A DNA stretch of 64,000 bases from Monocercomonoides exilis PA203 (GCA_001643675.2 LSRY02000063.1:62001-126000); one strand, 5' to 3'. Shown: positions 37,884 to 53,079, counted from the first letter of the stretch. Made by a program: numbers and translations. Notes: generated by a model from the letters alone, not told the origin.

Positions 37884-38327
37884 TTTCAATTATTCCCATA
37901 TTTTTGTTGAAAGTTTGAGTATGAATTTTTTTCACAAAATGCAATGTTGAAAATTGTCATCACTTTCAAAAACTGAAGAATCATTGGAATATCTTGAAAT
38001 TGAAATTTTGACTCTAAATGGAATATTTTCAAATTTTGAAAACGTGACAGTTTGCTTCTGTTTATAGTGACTTGTTTTATTGTTTCAAAAAGTTGTGCAA
38101 AACTCATAATGATAATATCCTCATTTGACATTATTTAACATTCATCTTCTTCAATCCAGAACAGCAGAAAAAAAGAGGATACAAAACAGCAAAAAAAAAA
38201 ATAATGTCATTTTTATTCAAATATCCGAAAAAAAAAACAAATATCACAACAAAACTTTGAAAGGAAAAATCAAAATAATTTGAAACACCTTTTGAAAAAT
38301 AAATATTGATTAAATTTGTTTTTTTAT

Positions 38328-38545
38328 GATACGGCTGATCCTTTTTGAAATTAAACTTTCGTTCGAGTTTTTATCGAATATTTTTATCAAAATGGAATTT
38401 TTGTAAAAAATTTGTTTTTGCAATTGTTGAATCATAAACTATTTATGTTTCCTATTTCAACTAATTTTTTTCAAAATCCCATTGAGATAAAAAATTTGAT
38501 CAAAACTTGAATGAAAGAGTGATTTCAAAAAGGATCAGCCTTATC
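38328..38545. repeat. fold-back / palindromic MITE-like element
   Basis: GGCTGATCCTTTTTGAAAT (from 38333) pairs with ATTTCAAAAAGGATCAGCC (to 38540). Imperfect pairing continues inward for about 80 bp. Confidence 0.8.
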
Positions 38546-38578
38546 TTTGTGTTCGAAATTGATAAATATCTTTATATA

Positions 38579-40579
38579 GGGTTCCAATTTTATCTTGACC
38601 TTTTTTTTCAAAACCTTTTTTAAAATTAATTTTTAACTTTGCCCCAATTTCATATTTTTAAAGATTTTTAAGTATATATATGAATTCAACAGATAAAATT
38701 AAACACATTTTGAAACAAACCTAATTTCACATGGAGGAAGATGGAAGGTTAGACCCCTTCATAAAACTTCTGTGTGGAATTGGAGTGTTGCGTAGGGAAT
38801 AAAAGCTTTTGTTTGAAAAATGTTAATTTATTATTATTTTTTTTTCCATTTCATTTCTATTAAAAAAATAAAAAATTATTATGATCTTTAAAAGATTATT
38901 AAAAAAAATGAAAATATCAACAGAAATAAAATTAAAAGAAGGTCAGAAAAAATTACAGAGAGCAATGTCTTCGCACAAGTATAGAAAATACAACAGTCGG
39001 TTGGAGCGAATGGCTCACATCGTTGTTGATGGAGTTGTTCGCATGACGGATGCAATTAATTCCAAGGAATTCAGCCGCACAGGTATCAAAAATGCTGTGA
39101 GAGCTCTCAGAAAATGAAGATTGGTTGGAATAGAGTTCAAATCTGCAGCAGTAGTGGGCGAAAAGGAACAAAGAGTAATTGACGTTATTCACATTGAAGC
39201 AAAGTCTGGAACATGTTTAATTTTTAAAAAAAACAAGAGAATAAGTTTGCTTAATATTTATTTATATGTTTTAATCATTTGTTTTTCAGATAGAAAATGT
39301 TATAAACGACAACGATGACGAAGACGCACCATTTGCCGAAGTTTCAATGTCAGCCACGTATGGCTTTGTCAAGCGTCATCCTGAGCTGATGACTGGAACG
39401 CCGAAGAATATGGACATCAACAGACTGGCTGTTTCGTGCAGAAGTGTTTTTGAACCCTGGTTCAAAACACTCGACGAGCTGCATGAAAAGTTCCATTATA
39501 ATCCAGCTTTAATTATAAACATCGATGAATCTTCAACGCGCATTCCCACAGACTCAAAACAGCTTGTTGTGCATACTGCAGACACAAAAGCAGGTTTCAC
39601 GAAAGAACAACCAAGAATGATTAATTCTACATTCGTGGCAGCTGTTGCAGCGGACGGATCTGCCTTTCCTTCAGTCATATTGTGGCCAAGTGTAAAGCTG
39701 CCAGAAGAGCTGAAAAGCCTGTTATCTCCAACGCTTGAGATATGGGCAAATGAAAGCAGCTGGATGGACAACGTGTGCCTTAAAAGGGATGCTCTCACAG
39801 TTCTTCTTCTTTCTGTCATCGAAAGAAGAAAGCGCATGTCACTTGAAAACGAACACATTCTTCTCCTTCTTGACTCGCATGCAACTCGCGCAGATCCATC
39901 GATCTTGCGAGAATTCCAAAAACAACAAGTCGACGTTTTAACCTTTGGACCACACAGCACACACCTCTGTCAACCACTGGACAGAGGAGTGTTTGCCGTG
40001 TTCAAATCTGAACTGACAAACAGATTTGAGGCTCCCTCTTCTTCTTCATCTTCCTCCAAACGAGCTGCAATTTCCGACGTTCTGCCTCAAGCCATCCACA
40101 CTGCATTATCTCCTTCTGTAATTCACAAAGCTTTCGGCTGCAGTGGTGTTCTTCACAATTCTTCTGGGCCAGTTCTTTTGAAACTGCCCGAATCTTCAAT
40201 TTACCCTCTTCCATCTCGCAGAAATAGATTCAACTTTTATGGAAAAGTGATAACCGACGAAAATCTTTAAGAGAAATGGGAAAATCATTTGAAAATGAAT
40301 ATTGAAAGGAAAAATGAAATGGATGAAAAGGAGATAGATGAAGTGAAGACTGTTGTGGATGAAAAGAAAAAAATAAAAAGAAAACTTCTTCATGCGAAAA
40401 ACGATGATTCTGAAGACGAAAAGAAAGATAATGCATTAATCGAGCAGAAGGAAAAAGGAAAGTTAATCGAAAAATTTATTCTGATTTTGTTATCTTTTCA
40501 TAATGTTGTTTTTTGAATTTTTTCACTTCATTTTTTTGGGTCAGAAAAAAGAAAATGGGACAGGATAAAATAAAAACCC
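38579..40579 (+). mobile_element. decayed pogo-like (DDE_1, DD35D) DNA transposon
   Basis: Imperfect TIRs GGGTTCCAATTTTATCTTGACC vs rc GGGTTTTTATTTTATCCTGTCC (17/22), preceded by TA on the left. Encloses the transposase pseudogene. Confidence 0.75.
38881..40516 (+). pseudogene. pogo-like transposase pseudogene
   Basis: Catalytic motifs INIDESS, LLLLDSH and QPLD with 35 residues between D2 and D3. In-frame stops at 39115 (TGA) and 40268 (TAA). Probable intron 39241-39289 with a mutated donor (ATAAGT). Confidence 0.85.
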
Positions 40580-40749
40580 CAACTTGTTCAATTAAAGTTT
40601 TCTTTTTGACACACATATTTTTTTTTAACTCTATATACATAAATGTGAAGCTTGAATTGGAAAATGTTTCTTTCTTTTTTTCCTCATTTGAAAAAATATG
40701 TTCATTTCAAACCGGATAGTGAGAGCTTAAAAGACTTTAATAATTACGT

Positions 40750-43700
40750 TGTGAATGAATTGTGAAATAACAAGTCTTCATTCGAAACAACAATGGCAAA
40801 GCTATTTTTTTGTGTTTTGTCAAACACTTTAATCGCTTCCATTTGAACAATCATTATCAAACTGTGAGTCACCAAAGAAAAACACATTCAACATTGAGAT
40901 TATTGACATTGAAAAAGCATCAAACAGAACCGAATAATGAATCACCCTGAAGAGTGATGAAAAGGAACTGTTATCTGTGTTTTTGAAACAATTGAAAATG
41001 AACACAGATCATCTTCATTCATTTCTTTCAATTTCTTTTTTCAAACAAATAACCCATTTCCCACTTCATAAATCATTATTAAAAATTTCTGAGCATATTT
41101 TATATTCTTTTCCACTTTGCTATTTTGACATCAAAACATTTAAAATCGAGATTTGTATGCTGAAAAAAAATGAAAAAAATACTGAAAAAAACACTTAATT
41201 TCTCATTTTCAATCAACAAAAACTCAAAAAACGTTCTGAAAAAATTTACTAAAAATCAGGGGAAAGGTGCTGGTTTGGAGCTTAAAGTTGTTGGATGGAA
41301 TGAATCGATTCAAAGGCTGAAGTCAAGCAGGAAGAATCAACAAAGAATAATATCCCATCAAAAAAAGGTGATTATGAACATTGAACAAATAACTCATTTG
41401 AACATCAAATTCCATTTGTGCGCTTGAAGGAACTTGCTGAAAAATACGTGAAACTGAATAACACAAAGTTATGAGAAAAATAGGAATTACAAACTTCAAA
41501 TGAACAAAAAAGGGAATTTCAATCTAAATCAAAATCAAAATCAAAAACAAAAACAAAAACAAAAACAAAAATCAATAAAAAACGAGTCAGATGTGAAATG
41601 AAATCCTCATTTTTGAATGAAATGAATCAACTCCATTGAACAGAAATATAAAAACAATCCTGAAAATGAATACAAAAAATGAAATCACAACAAACACTCC
41701 TCGAACAACGAAAAATTTGGAAGAACAATAGCAAACTCACAAATCCATTCTCTATGAAAACAAACACTATAAATCAAAACAAATCACAAAACATCAACAT
41801 GTCAGCCTTCAAATAGTTATTTTCTCAAACAAAACGTTCAACTTCATTTCTCCATCTCCTTCACAAATCCTTTTTTTCTGTTCGTTTCTCTTCCAATGTC
41901 TCGTCTCCACTTTCAACATCGCTCCTCACAACAATCCTCCTGTTCCGGTCGTAGATGCCATCCGACATCGTCATGATCAACTTTCCTGCTGGAAAGTGGC
42001 TGACACACTCCCGCCTCACACTCTCCAGCCCAGCCCTGTCTTTCGCCTCCTGCCAAAGGCACGCTTTCATCACTTCGCAAAAACTGCTCTCGCCTACAGC
42101 TGACAAGCACGGTCTCTCTCCATTCACAATCTTCTGCCCTGCCACCTCTGCCTCATACTCCCCAAACGGGATTTGAAGAGTCAGACACTCCCACAGCAAC
42201 ATCCCAATCGAAAACACAACTGACTCCTTTGTTGCTCCCATTTTCTTGTTGATCAGCAGCTCGGGTGCCTTTCATCGCAAACACTCTTTTTTGAAATCAT
42301 TTTCATCCTCAAATGCTGATGAAGGAAGGGAATCATCCTCATCCTCATCATTGCCACTGGCAGATGTTACAACTGTTGAAGAAGAGATTGATGATAAGTC
42401 GGAATCTGAATCATCTGATGAAAGCAAATCTGAATGCATCACAATGCAAATGACCATGTGCTCAGAGAAAAGAATAATGTGTGGGCTGAGATTGGCAAGA
42501 GAAGATAATCCATTTTCCATTTCATCAAATGAGTGGAGTGCGAGATTGGCCACCCAGAACAGGATCTGAGCAGCTGTTTGCTCCCTCTCATTCAATGAAC
42601 CAATTGACATCTCTTTTGTCTTATTTCTTCCATGAAGCAGCATGAACAGCGAATCTCTCAAATCCACAATCAGCTTTTCGTGAGGCGATGAGCAGGCCAT
42701 TGCATCCACCAGATTCGACATTGAAGAGGTGGTTGGACACAGACTCTCCGATCGAACAAATGTTGAATCTGAATCTGTTGTTAAAGTTGATGAAATGGAA
42801 GGAGAAGGTGTTCTCTTCCTTATCTCTTCTTCTTCTTCCTCAACCTTCTCCAATGCCCATTCAGGGATCTTGTCTGAATCCCTCCCCAGAATATATTCAG
42901 TGGAATCGCTCTCCGCCAGAAGGTGCTCTGAAGATTCTGAATGCTCCATCTCCTTTCCATTCATTCTTTTCTTTATCCTCTCTTCATTCTTCTCCTCTGC
43001 CTCTCTCTCAGCTCTCCTCCACTGTGCTTCAGGTGACATCTCCATCGTCACCATTTCAAATGCTTTTGGATCTTTTCTGATGTTATCATTCACGATCTCT
43101 CTCAGATCTTTGTTCTCAATCTTTGCTTTCCTCCATCGAATAATAAATGCAACTGCCACAATAAGAATAATCACAAGAATAACTGCCATGATAATCACAA
43201 TCAACAACCAATAGGATTTTCCTTCTTTTCCACTTTCAGCAAGTTTTTCATTTCCATTTTCCTTTGTTTCACTTGCATTCTTCAGAATAAATGAATCAGT
43301 TGATGATGGAGATTCTGCATTTCCAAACAAAACATGCACACTAACTTCTATTTCATTTCCACAACTGCTGATAAGATCCTTTGCCACACTCCCTTCAACT
43401 TCTCTTTCTGATAAAAATCCATTTGAGTCAAAATCATGCTTTTCAATCTCTTTCTCCTCTCCTTTTCTCTTCACAACTGAGAATGAAAGATTGCATGGAA
43501 CAAGAAGCAATCCCTTGAATGCCAGCTTCATTCTGTTTGCCTCTTCTTTTGCTTCCACACTCTCAAGAACAGGAATGAAGAATGATGAATCCCTTTCTGA
43601 AACAATCCCTTCAAAACTGCACCCTTCATTCAACATCCAAAGTGAAGTATTTCTCTCCAATCCATCTCCTCCTTTCAAACTCATCACATTCAATATTCCA

Positions 43701-46700
43701 ATATCTGAGCAAATGATATTTCTTCTCAATGATAGATATCCTTCAATAGAAGGATTATTGTTTGAGAAATTCCCTGCTTCAATCAAAACGCTTCCTCCAC
43801 TCATTGTTATTCCACCATCTGGTGAATTCATGATTGTGGTATCTTTCATCAAAACAGAACTGTTGGAGACATCCACAACAGATCCATCCCTTCTGCAAAT
43901 CTCATCATCTCTTCCTTTCACCTCATTCGCTTGCTTTCCTTTTCTTTCATCTCCTTCCTCTCCATCAAACAAACATGATCCAATCAGCACAACCACACAC
44001 TCACAAATCTCCACCATTCTCCCTCTTTCATTCGTGCCTTGGCATTGAGCAAAAGAGCAGTTCAGCACACTCATTCTCTTTTCGGCTCCTTCCAGCTTCA
44101 TCACACTCTCATTCCCACAAACAGAGTTATTCTCAAAATTCACTTCCTTCATCTCCACATCAACCTTCCCTCCAACACAAATCAAACCACATTCACTCAT
44201 GACATCCCAAACTCCAATCTCACTCATCGAAACCTTTCCCTCTTTGGTGAACGAGAGAAGTGGTGCTGTGGTGTGAATCCCATCAAATGTTGTTTCTGTC
44301 ATCTTCAGCTCTCCACTCTCAACACTCACAATCCTGCTCTTCATCACCAGATCCATCGTTGCTGAGCTGAACAAACACTCCGAAATCTCCAATCTCCCAT
44401 CCTTCTCTTTCACAATGCTTTCCCCACCCCACCAAAACATCTCCCCAAACATAAATCCACATCTCTCCACAACACACTCATCAACAAACACAATCACACT
44501 TCCTCCATTCATTTCATCTTCTTCAATCATTGTGTTCAAATGAATGGTTGCCTGCACTCTCTTCAATGGTTTCACATTCAAATCTCCAATCTCACACACT
44601 CCCCCAATCAGACATTCTCCATCAATCAGAATCATATTCGCAACACTCCTTTCAAGGTGTCGAGCTCCACACCAAATGCTTTGGCATGGCTTCTCCTGTG
44701 CCCCACACTGTCTGCTCTCACTCCCATTCACCGATACAAACACCTGAGGGGAGTAAAAGAATGTGATCAATGGAATCAGATCAACATCAACCTTGTCAAC
44801 ATCATCCCTCCCACAAATCGAGTTGCTCGACTTCAAAGCATCCTGGCTGAAGTCCAGAACAAACAGCGTCTCATTCACCTGCCCTGCAATCGAACAGCAC
44901 TTGATGAACATATCCTTCCCCACAAATGCCTCATTCATCACAAATCGAATGTTTTCCAGTCTCACCCCAAGAGCTGGCATTTCCTTTTCAACCGATTCAG
45001 CTTTCGGATCAGCTGCATCAATCATCAATCCTCCTCCTCTCCCATCCACTGTCGAGCACATGCACATCACAAACGAGCATCCTCTCACTTTCAATTCTGA
45101 TTCCCCACTCTTCAGACACACTTTCACCCCTCCCCCTTCCTCGCTCCTCTCGCTCGCACACTTCGTCAGCACACACCCTTCCATCACACACTCCACACCA
45201 ACCCCGAACGAATCCACACTCACAACACATGCTCCATTCTCTCCACATGAAATGTTTGTGAATGTCGACTCATTCACTCTCACAACTACGTTCGCATTTC
45301 TTTCTTCTCTTTTCGTGAATTGGAAATTGTGTGATCCCTCAGTCAGCGTGATCAGGCTTCCCCCTGATATTGTTGTGTTCAATATCGACACATTCACCAC
45401 CGAAATCACTTCCACTTCTGCTCCAAACTCCACAAACCCTTTCGCCACACTCAACTCAGAAAGCGTCAAATCCTCAATTGCAAGACTTCCTCCATCCACC
45501 CTCACAATACAATACTTCATCTCTCTTGTTTCCTCAGAACAATCAATCAAACAACTCGCAACTGAAAGCATTGCAGAGGATGATGAAGACTGAACGAATG
45601 ATGAATGCCTCCCCAATTCATTCGGCATTGTGAATGATATGTTCTTGAATGAAAGATGAACATTCGAAACAACCATCGATTCACCTTCTCTATTTCCATC
45701 CATTTCTCTCACTTTCAAAACTGTCCCTTTCTTTTCTCCTTCAATTGTCACAACGGGAGTTTCTGTTAATGAAGGAGGTGACAGAAATGATATTCCTTTG
45801 TTGAGTACTCCTGCTCCAACAATGTTGATGTGTGATTCCCCTTCTCCAAGTGGTTCATATCTCAGTGATATCAAGTGCTCAACTGATGAACATGGTGCTT
45901 CAGAAAACCCACACCCACTGAAGTCTCTTCCTCCCTCCTTCGAAACAAACCCGTTCCCACTCCAGTTCGTCCACAAATACACAACCAATGGAATCACATA
46001 TCCCTCCTCTCCTGTCGTCTTCCTCTCCCATCCACACAACTCATCAAACGATCTCAACTCCTCTGAACTCATCTCCCATTTGAAGTTCTCTTTGTTCACA
46101 ACCTCACTCAGATCCCATCCTAAAACAAACACATTCTTCCCTTTCCAGGCATTGCATCCCTCAAATATCATTCCTTCCAAAACAAATGATCCCATTTGAT
46201 TGGGAAGTTCAACAAACATCCCTCCTCCCATTCCTCTTCCTCCATCCTCAACATCCTCTGTTGGCACTTCACATCCTGATAAATTCACATTATTCATTTC
46301 CAAGCTCCCTCCCTTCCCCACTGATATCATAATCCCTCCTCCTTTCATTCCACTTCCACCTGAACATGTTGATGAAAAATTGCTTTCTTCAATATTCACA
46401 CTTCCTCCTTCTGCATTCATCCCAACATTCAAACATCCTCCTCCATTCCCACCTTCCACTTCCACTCCACTCACTCTGCTGTTCAACATCTCCAATTTCA
46501 CTCCGCCAATCATCGTTATTGGTGATATCCCATTCATTGTCACTGACCCTTCCATCACAAACCCATTCATAATTAATTCTCCTCCCTCAATGTTTATCAC
46601 ATTATATCCTATCTTTCCATCAGTCAATGCCCCACTCTCAAATGAGACTGAACAGTTCGTCACACTGAGTGTTGATGTTGAATGGATGAATGCACTTCTC

Positions 46701-49700
46701 CTCATATTCAACTGACCTTTCACAACAAATGAAAGTCTGCTCATTGTCAGTGAACTCGAACATCCAACAAGCCATTCTTGTGTGGCTGACCCTCCATCAC
46801 TCACATTCACCTGTATTTTTTCCTCCTCCAATGATTCTATTCTGCCTGAAATTATCACACCAAATAAAGGTCCTGTTATTTCCTTGGCTATTGACGAAGA
46901 TGAGGCAACTTCTATTTCTTTTGAACTTTCACTCAATCTTGAGTTCGCACAATAATCAACTGTCAAGCATCTGAATTCATCAAATCCACAATGATTGTGG
47001 TCCTTCCCATTTCCTCCACTCCCATCAACAATCACCTTTGTCCCAATTGAGCACAAATACACAAAGAGTGGAATCACTCCACTTTCATCCCCATTTTCAC
47101 TTCCACACAGTTTCAACACATCAGATGGAATGATACTTGTGTCAAAAAATGAAAATGTTTCTGTATTCACTTTTGACTCCAAAAACACTCCACTCCCACA
47201 ATGAACAAACACATCCTTCCCAAACGAGGCGTCATTCTCCTTCACTTTCGAAAACTCAACATTCTGCCCAATTGTCAATCCACATTCTCCACTCTCCATC
47301 AATACAAACAACCCTCCTCCTCTCCCTCCATTTCCTCTGTTATTCTCTGCCTTGCATCCATCAATCACACTCGTTCCATTCACAATTACATTCCCACTTT
47401 CCTGCAATCCAACATATATTCCTCCTCCATTTCCCTCCTCACACTCACAATCCCCTATTGTTATGTTGCTCACCACAAATGTCTCCTCTAACTTCACACT
47501 CTTTGCCACAACAACTCCATCTCCACTCCTCAACTTCACGTTCAGAATTGTCACATTTGCTAAAACACTTTCTTTTGATGAATGTTCTGACTCTGAAAAC
47601 AATGGTTTTGAGATATTCATATCTTTGATCTCCACGCCAACCATCGACAGCTGTGACAGCGGCACCACAAACAAAGATGATGATATCACATATTCTCCTG
47701 TGTTACTCGTGGTGATCACAACATCCTCCAATGAAAGTGACCCACTTCCTTCAGACACAACAACCACACTTGGCGAAGAAGGACTTGTTGTTGAGTTGCA
47801 ATCAATCTTCAAGTTCATTAAACCAAGATGGCCACTCGCCACACTGAAGAGCGCTATCGAAGTCGATGAAAGTGTTCCTGTTCCAATCACACTCACCTCT
47901 TTCCCTCTCCCAACAATCGAGATCTTCTTTTCTCCAACAATAATCGTCTTCTCTTCACTCATATGCTTCCCATCAAGCACTGTGATTGTCGAGCTTGGCT
48001 GTGCCATGTTCGTCCCAACCACATACCCCACTGTTTTGCAAGGTGCTTCCTCTTTAATCCCGCACAGATGACTCGAATCATTTCCACTCACCCCCACAAA
48101 TATCACCTTCGACCATTCGTTCAGCCATTTCCTCTTTTCCGTATGATAATACAACCAACTTTTGCTTGAATCTGAGTAATTGTATGCATAGCATACTCTC
48201 TGTTCATTTGTGTTTGTGGTGAAACATTCAAAGAACGGACTGTTTGAAGTCTTGAAAACATTATCTCGATCATAAAAAACGATATCGTGGCCATATGGTG
48301 TATCTGCAGAGCAATGGCATTCATAGAATAAGAAGAAATAGCAATAAATCGTTTCTTTTGAAATTTTTTGTGAGTACGGCTCCAACCTCAAACCTCCTCC
48401 GCATGATACAGCTGAACATGAAATGAACTGAATATTCCTCACTTTAAATTGCGCTGGTATGTTATGCAAACTTAAGCCCCCGGCATATGAAGTTTTAACT
48501 GTGCATGAAATGAAACTACAATCAAACACACATGCGCTCTCCCCTTTTCCACTTTCTGTTCCAATACATCCTGCTCCTGAAACCACAGAAGAATGAAGCA
48601 ACATACCCCCTCCTTGATCGTTTGCTTCACAATTCTGGAATTCACATCCACTGATCCGAACACAAGATGTGATTGCATGAATGAACATTCCACCTCCAGA
48701 ATAGCGTTGTGATGAACATGAGTCAAACGAGCTGTCAACAATCTCAACAGATTTAATGTGAAAGCACATGATTGCCCCTCCACACCAAAAAGAATTGCAA
48801 TCTTTGAAAGAGCAATGAGAAACAGATACAGATGCATTTGATTGACTGTACATGCAAATCGCCCCTCCACTTGATATTCCATCGTCGTATGATTGACTTT
48901 CCCCAGTCGTCTTCGATCCGTTCCATTCACACCAAATGAATGAATTAGCTCCATTGGTTGTTGTATTTTGCCTCCCTGGAGACTGTTTAGCATCTTTCGA
49001 TCCGATGAATTGAACATTTCTTGTTCTGCAACAGCAAGTGAACGAGGTGTTTGATGCAGAAAAAGAGGCAAAGGGATTGTTGAGTGAAGGAACAATCCCT
49101 CCATCATACACATCGCAAACTGATGAAAGTGAGCAACTGTTCATCAAGCTCAAGATTTGAGATGATGTTGCTGTTGGTGGTGAATAATCAGAAGATGCTG
49201 TTGAGACGTTGAAAAAAGTGAGTTGTGAGAGAGATACAAGGGGAATAGAGGGTGAAGAGAGGAATGGGGCTGATGAGACACAAAAAGAGGAGAAATGAGA
49301 TGAACAAACTGAAACATGACATTTTTTTGAATGAACCTCTTCAAATGGTTTTGAAGAGAAGAGAGATGGGCATTTCTGAAAATGTGAATTCAAAGGGAAT
49401 CGGAGAGATATGTTGGTGAACAGCCCACAACTTCCACTCAAACAAAATGGTGGCATTTCTCCTCCAATCTCTATCCTGCATCTGCTCACTTCGATGAAAC
49501 ATCCTTTCACTGCATTCAAGACACTTTGGCCATCATTTGGCACCAATCCCAGGGAGTGGAGTTTTATTGAAGAATTGCCAATCATCAAACACCCTTCAAT
49601 CCAACTTTCTCCCTCAAATCTTTGTTGTTTCCTCATTTTTCGTTCATCAGACACGTTTGTTCCTCGAGCCATTTCATTTGGGCTGGCTTCTCCGAATTCG

Positions 49701-51763
49701 AGTTTTTCATCATTCTCTTCTTTTGAATCTCCAATCTTTCTTTTTTCATATTTCTGCGTTATTTTCGTTCCACCTTCTCTTCCATCGTTATTTGTTTCCA
49801 ATCCTATTTCATTGGCAAAAACGTCCTTTTGAAAGGTGTCCGACCAATTTCTCTCGAGATTATCATCAATTCTTTCATTCTTGTATTCCCTCATCTGACA
49901 TGTTTCTTCATTTGCAGCACCATTGTACATGCACTGAAAATATATTATGCAGACAAAACAGCATATTCCCGACAGCATTGAGTCCAGCACCCAAGTGGAA
50001 TATCCTTTTCTTTTTTTCCCCTGAATTCCTTTTTCTAATATGGGAGATGAACTTTGAAAATATTCATTTCAAAAGTGAAATTGTATTTTTATTTGTAGTT
50101 GCATTTTTTCAACATTCTTTTAAAGGAAAACAAGTTATTGTATTGATCATATGAATAATATTAATTGAGAATACAACAATTTTGATATGTTGAGTTTTCA
50201 TCAACCAACAAGTGGACAGTGATATAATGCAGTTTCTATGATGCCACATTATATTTAGAAGCATCTGAGAGAGATTAACTTGCACATTCAAATTTAACAA
50301 TTGGTCAGTGGATTGTTCTTCAAAACATTTGTTTGTTCGAAGAATTAAAGAGCTTTTGGAGAAATATTTGTAATTTCATATCGCAGTATGATATTTTTCA
50401 TTAAATTGAGAATTTGTATTTTTTGAATTTTCAAACATCAGAAACAATGATTGATTTCTGAATTGAAGATTGAAAAGCGAATCCTGGCCGAAATGAACAT
50501 TTTCAATCAAAGAAATGATCCACACAGGATTTATTTATTCAATGATGCGCATTTTGCATTTTATGAATTGTGGATGCATCTTGCATGCTTTGAGCAGAAA
50601 AAGATGCTATTTCAGCCAAAAGAGATTTGCCAAAGGCTGAAATCCTTGAAAATGGACATTTTCAGCAAAAGCAAAGATAACATTGGAAGAGAGGGCTTTT
50701 GAATAAAATGTTTGCCAAATTGTGATTTTTTCGAACAATTTCAAGAAAACAAAACCATTTGTTTGATTATTTATTGGAATGGAAATTCTCATCTGCTTAT
50801 ATCTATTTATATTTTTTATTTCAATAGAACAATACGAGGGCAATGGGCAACGTCTCATGCGCCTTGTTTCTGAATGATTTGTTTGACAAATTGCTTTGGT
50901 GAAAGAGGCAAAGGAAGAAAAATGAGCAGACGAATGTCAGGAGTTTTGGAAAAGTGGAGAAATGATGAAGTGAGATGGAAGATGGATGAATGATATTTTT
51001 TCTTTTTGGTGGAAGCCATGGAGAAATGCATTGGGTGTGGGGGACGATTTGGGATTGAATTTGCTGTTGAGGAGAAGAAAGAACAAGAATTGTGCTGGTA
51101 ATTGCACAATGAAGGCATCAGATGGAAACTTGAAATGGAAGTGACTTCATTTCGATTTCATGTTCTATTTGTGTGGGTCGGCATTGAATGAGAATGCTTG
51201 GAAGCAGCAGGAGTGAAAAGGATTATGAGCGAATTTGGGTGAGGATGATTGAGAGAGAGAGAGAGAGAGAGAAATGCAAAGCAGAGGAAAAAGAGAATCA
51301 ACCACAGAAGCAGAAGGAGATTTGGATGCACAAATCGTCATATTCACAGGTGCAACAAAATTTTCATTCGGAACGAGAAAAAAAGGAATCATGAGCTGTC
51401 GAAGAATAAAGTTGATGTTCAATGAAATTTCATCTTCATCTTCAACACAACAATCTCCAAACACCCCTCAAACATCATCAACTCCTTCCTCACAATCTTC
51501 ACTAATTGCTTTGGAAGAGCATGAAAAACGCAAAACGGGTGGATTATCTTCTACCACTGTTGATTTTAAGCCACCTTTCACTTCTTCCTCTCTTGTGAAT
51601 TCTGGGAGGAAAATCAATTCAACTTGTGGTGATTGAGCAGCAGAGAAGAAGAAGAAGAAGAAGAGAAAGGGAAAGAATCAGAATATATTTTTAGTTTATT
51701 GGCCATATGTTCTGTCATTGTTGTCAATTTTGTTCTTCTCAAACTTCATCATCATCTATTTTC
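40750..51763 (-). repeat. right arm of ~11-kb inverted segmental duplication
   Basis: Reverse-complement match to 12298-23290. Confidence 0.92.
41861..49978 (-). pseudogene. receptor-like pseudokinase paralog with an in-frame TGA in kinase subdomain VIII
   Basis: Collinear with 14089-22203. ECLR*KAPELL (TGA at 42272-42274) corresponds to ECLRWKAPELL (TGG at 21790-21792). The frame stays open to the homologous stop at 41861. It could still make a truncated receptor. Confidence 0.8.
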
Positions 51764-53079
51764 AAATTCTTTCTCTTTCTCTTCCTCTTCTTCTTCATAT
51801 TCTTTTCTTCTTCTTCTTCTTCTTCTTCTTCTTCTTCTTCTTCTCTTCTTCTTCTTCTTCTTCTTCTTCTTCGTTTTCTTCTTCTTCTTCGTTTTCTTCG
51901 TCTTCTTCGTCTTCTTTGTCTTTTTCGTCTTTTTCTCTGATGCTTTCTCTCACTTTGTATCAGACGATCTCATATCAAGTTTATTTATACAGCTCGACGA
52001 GCCGCACCACAAAACAGAATCAAACATTGCTTCATTTCTTTTCCTTCTACTCAGCAGATCAATCGTCAAATGATTCTTCATTTCGTGTTTCATTCACGAT
52101 TTCCACGAAAAAAAAAGCTATATGTGCAAAATAGGTCTTTTCATTGTATCTTCTTCTTATTCTTCTTTATTCTATTTCATGAAGGAAAAAAACGTACAAC
52201 TCAAATTAACATGTATCCAGCCACTTTCCAACAATGAATGAAAATGAAATGAAGAGCAATGAAACTAAAATTAGCGGAGCTTCACAAAAAGATTTCTGAA
52301 CAAAAGAGAAGGAAGAAAAAGAAAGAAAAAGAAAACTCAGCTGCAATTGTTTTGAGAAGATTTATCCAATGAAAATATTTTGTGAATGGATCCAAGAAAT
52401 GTTTATTCGAAGAAGAAAGAATTGCAATTTTCAGAGAAGAGAATGAAGAATATCATCAATAAAATTTTTCTTTTTCAATAAAAAGAAAATAAAAAGAGGA
52501 TGAACTGTTTTGTTGCCGATAGGAAAAGATATCAAACAAGAGAATGAAAAAGAGAAAAAGAATTCAATCGTGATTGACTTGCTTCAGTCAAACACATTTC
52601 GAATTTCATTTCAAAAATTGTCGCTTCCTCTTCGTTTTCTTATTTTTCTGTTTTATTTAGCAATAATGATATTTGTGACTGGATTCTTCAACAAAGATTA
52701 ATCTTTGATGCTTTCGCAATCATTTTATGAAGTGTCTTTTCTTTCTTCTTCTTGAAATTGATTAAAACACAGTTAGAAAGAGAACAAAAAGAACAATTGA
52801 AAAAATTCAAGAATTGACAATTGAGCAATTGAATTTCTGACGAAAAATGAATGAATCTTCTTTATGAAGATGGAGGATAATAATTCGTTCAATGATGATT
52901 CTTGATGAAAATGAAAAATAAGAATGGTTGTTTCAATTTTTCTTTTTTTCTTTTTTGAAAAAGAAATAAAAACATTAATTAAAATTCTTCAAATGATTGT
53001 TGTTTTCCCCATTTTTTGAAATGAATAAAAAATGATCAAAATAATTTCGGAGTTACAGAATAAAATGAAAAGAATTTGG

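Noticed and set aside
52150-52900. Possible decayed + strand copy of the 53-54 kb gene family
   Set aside because: No frame long or similar enough to support by eye.
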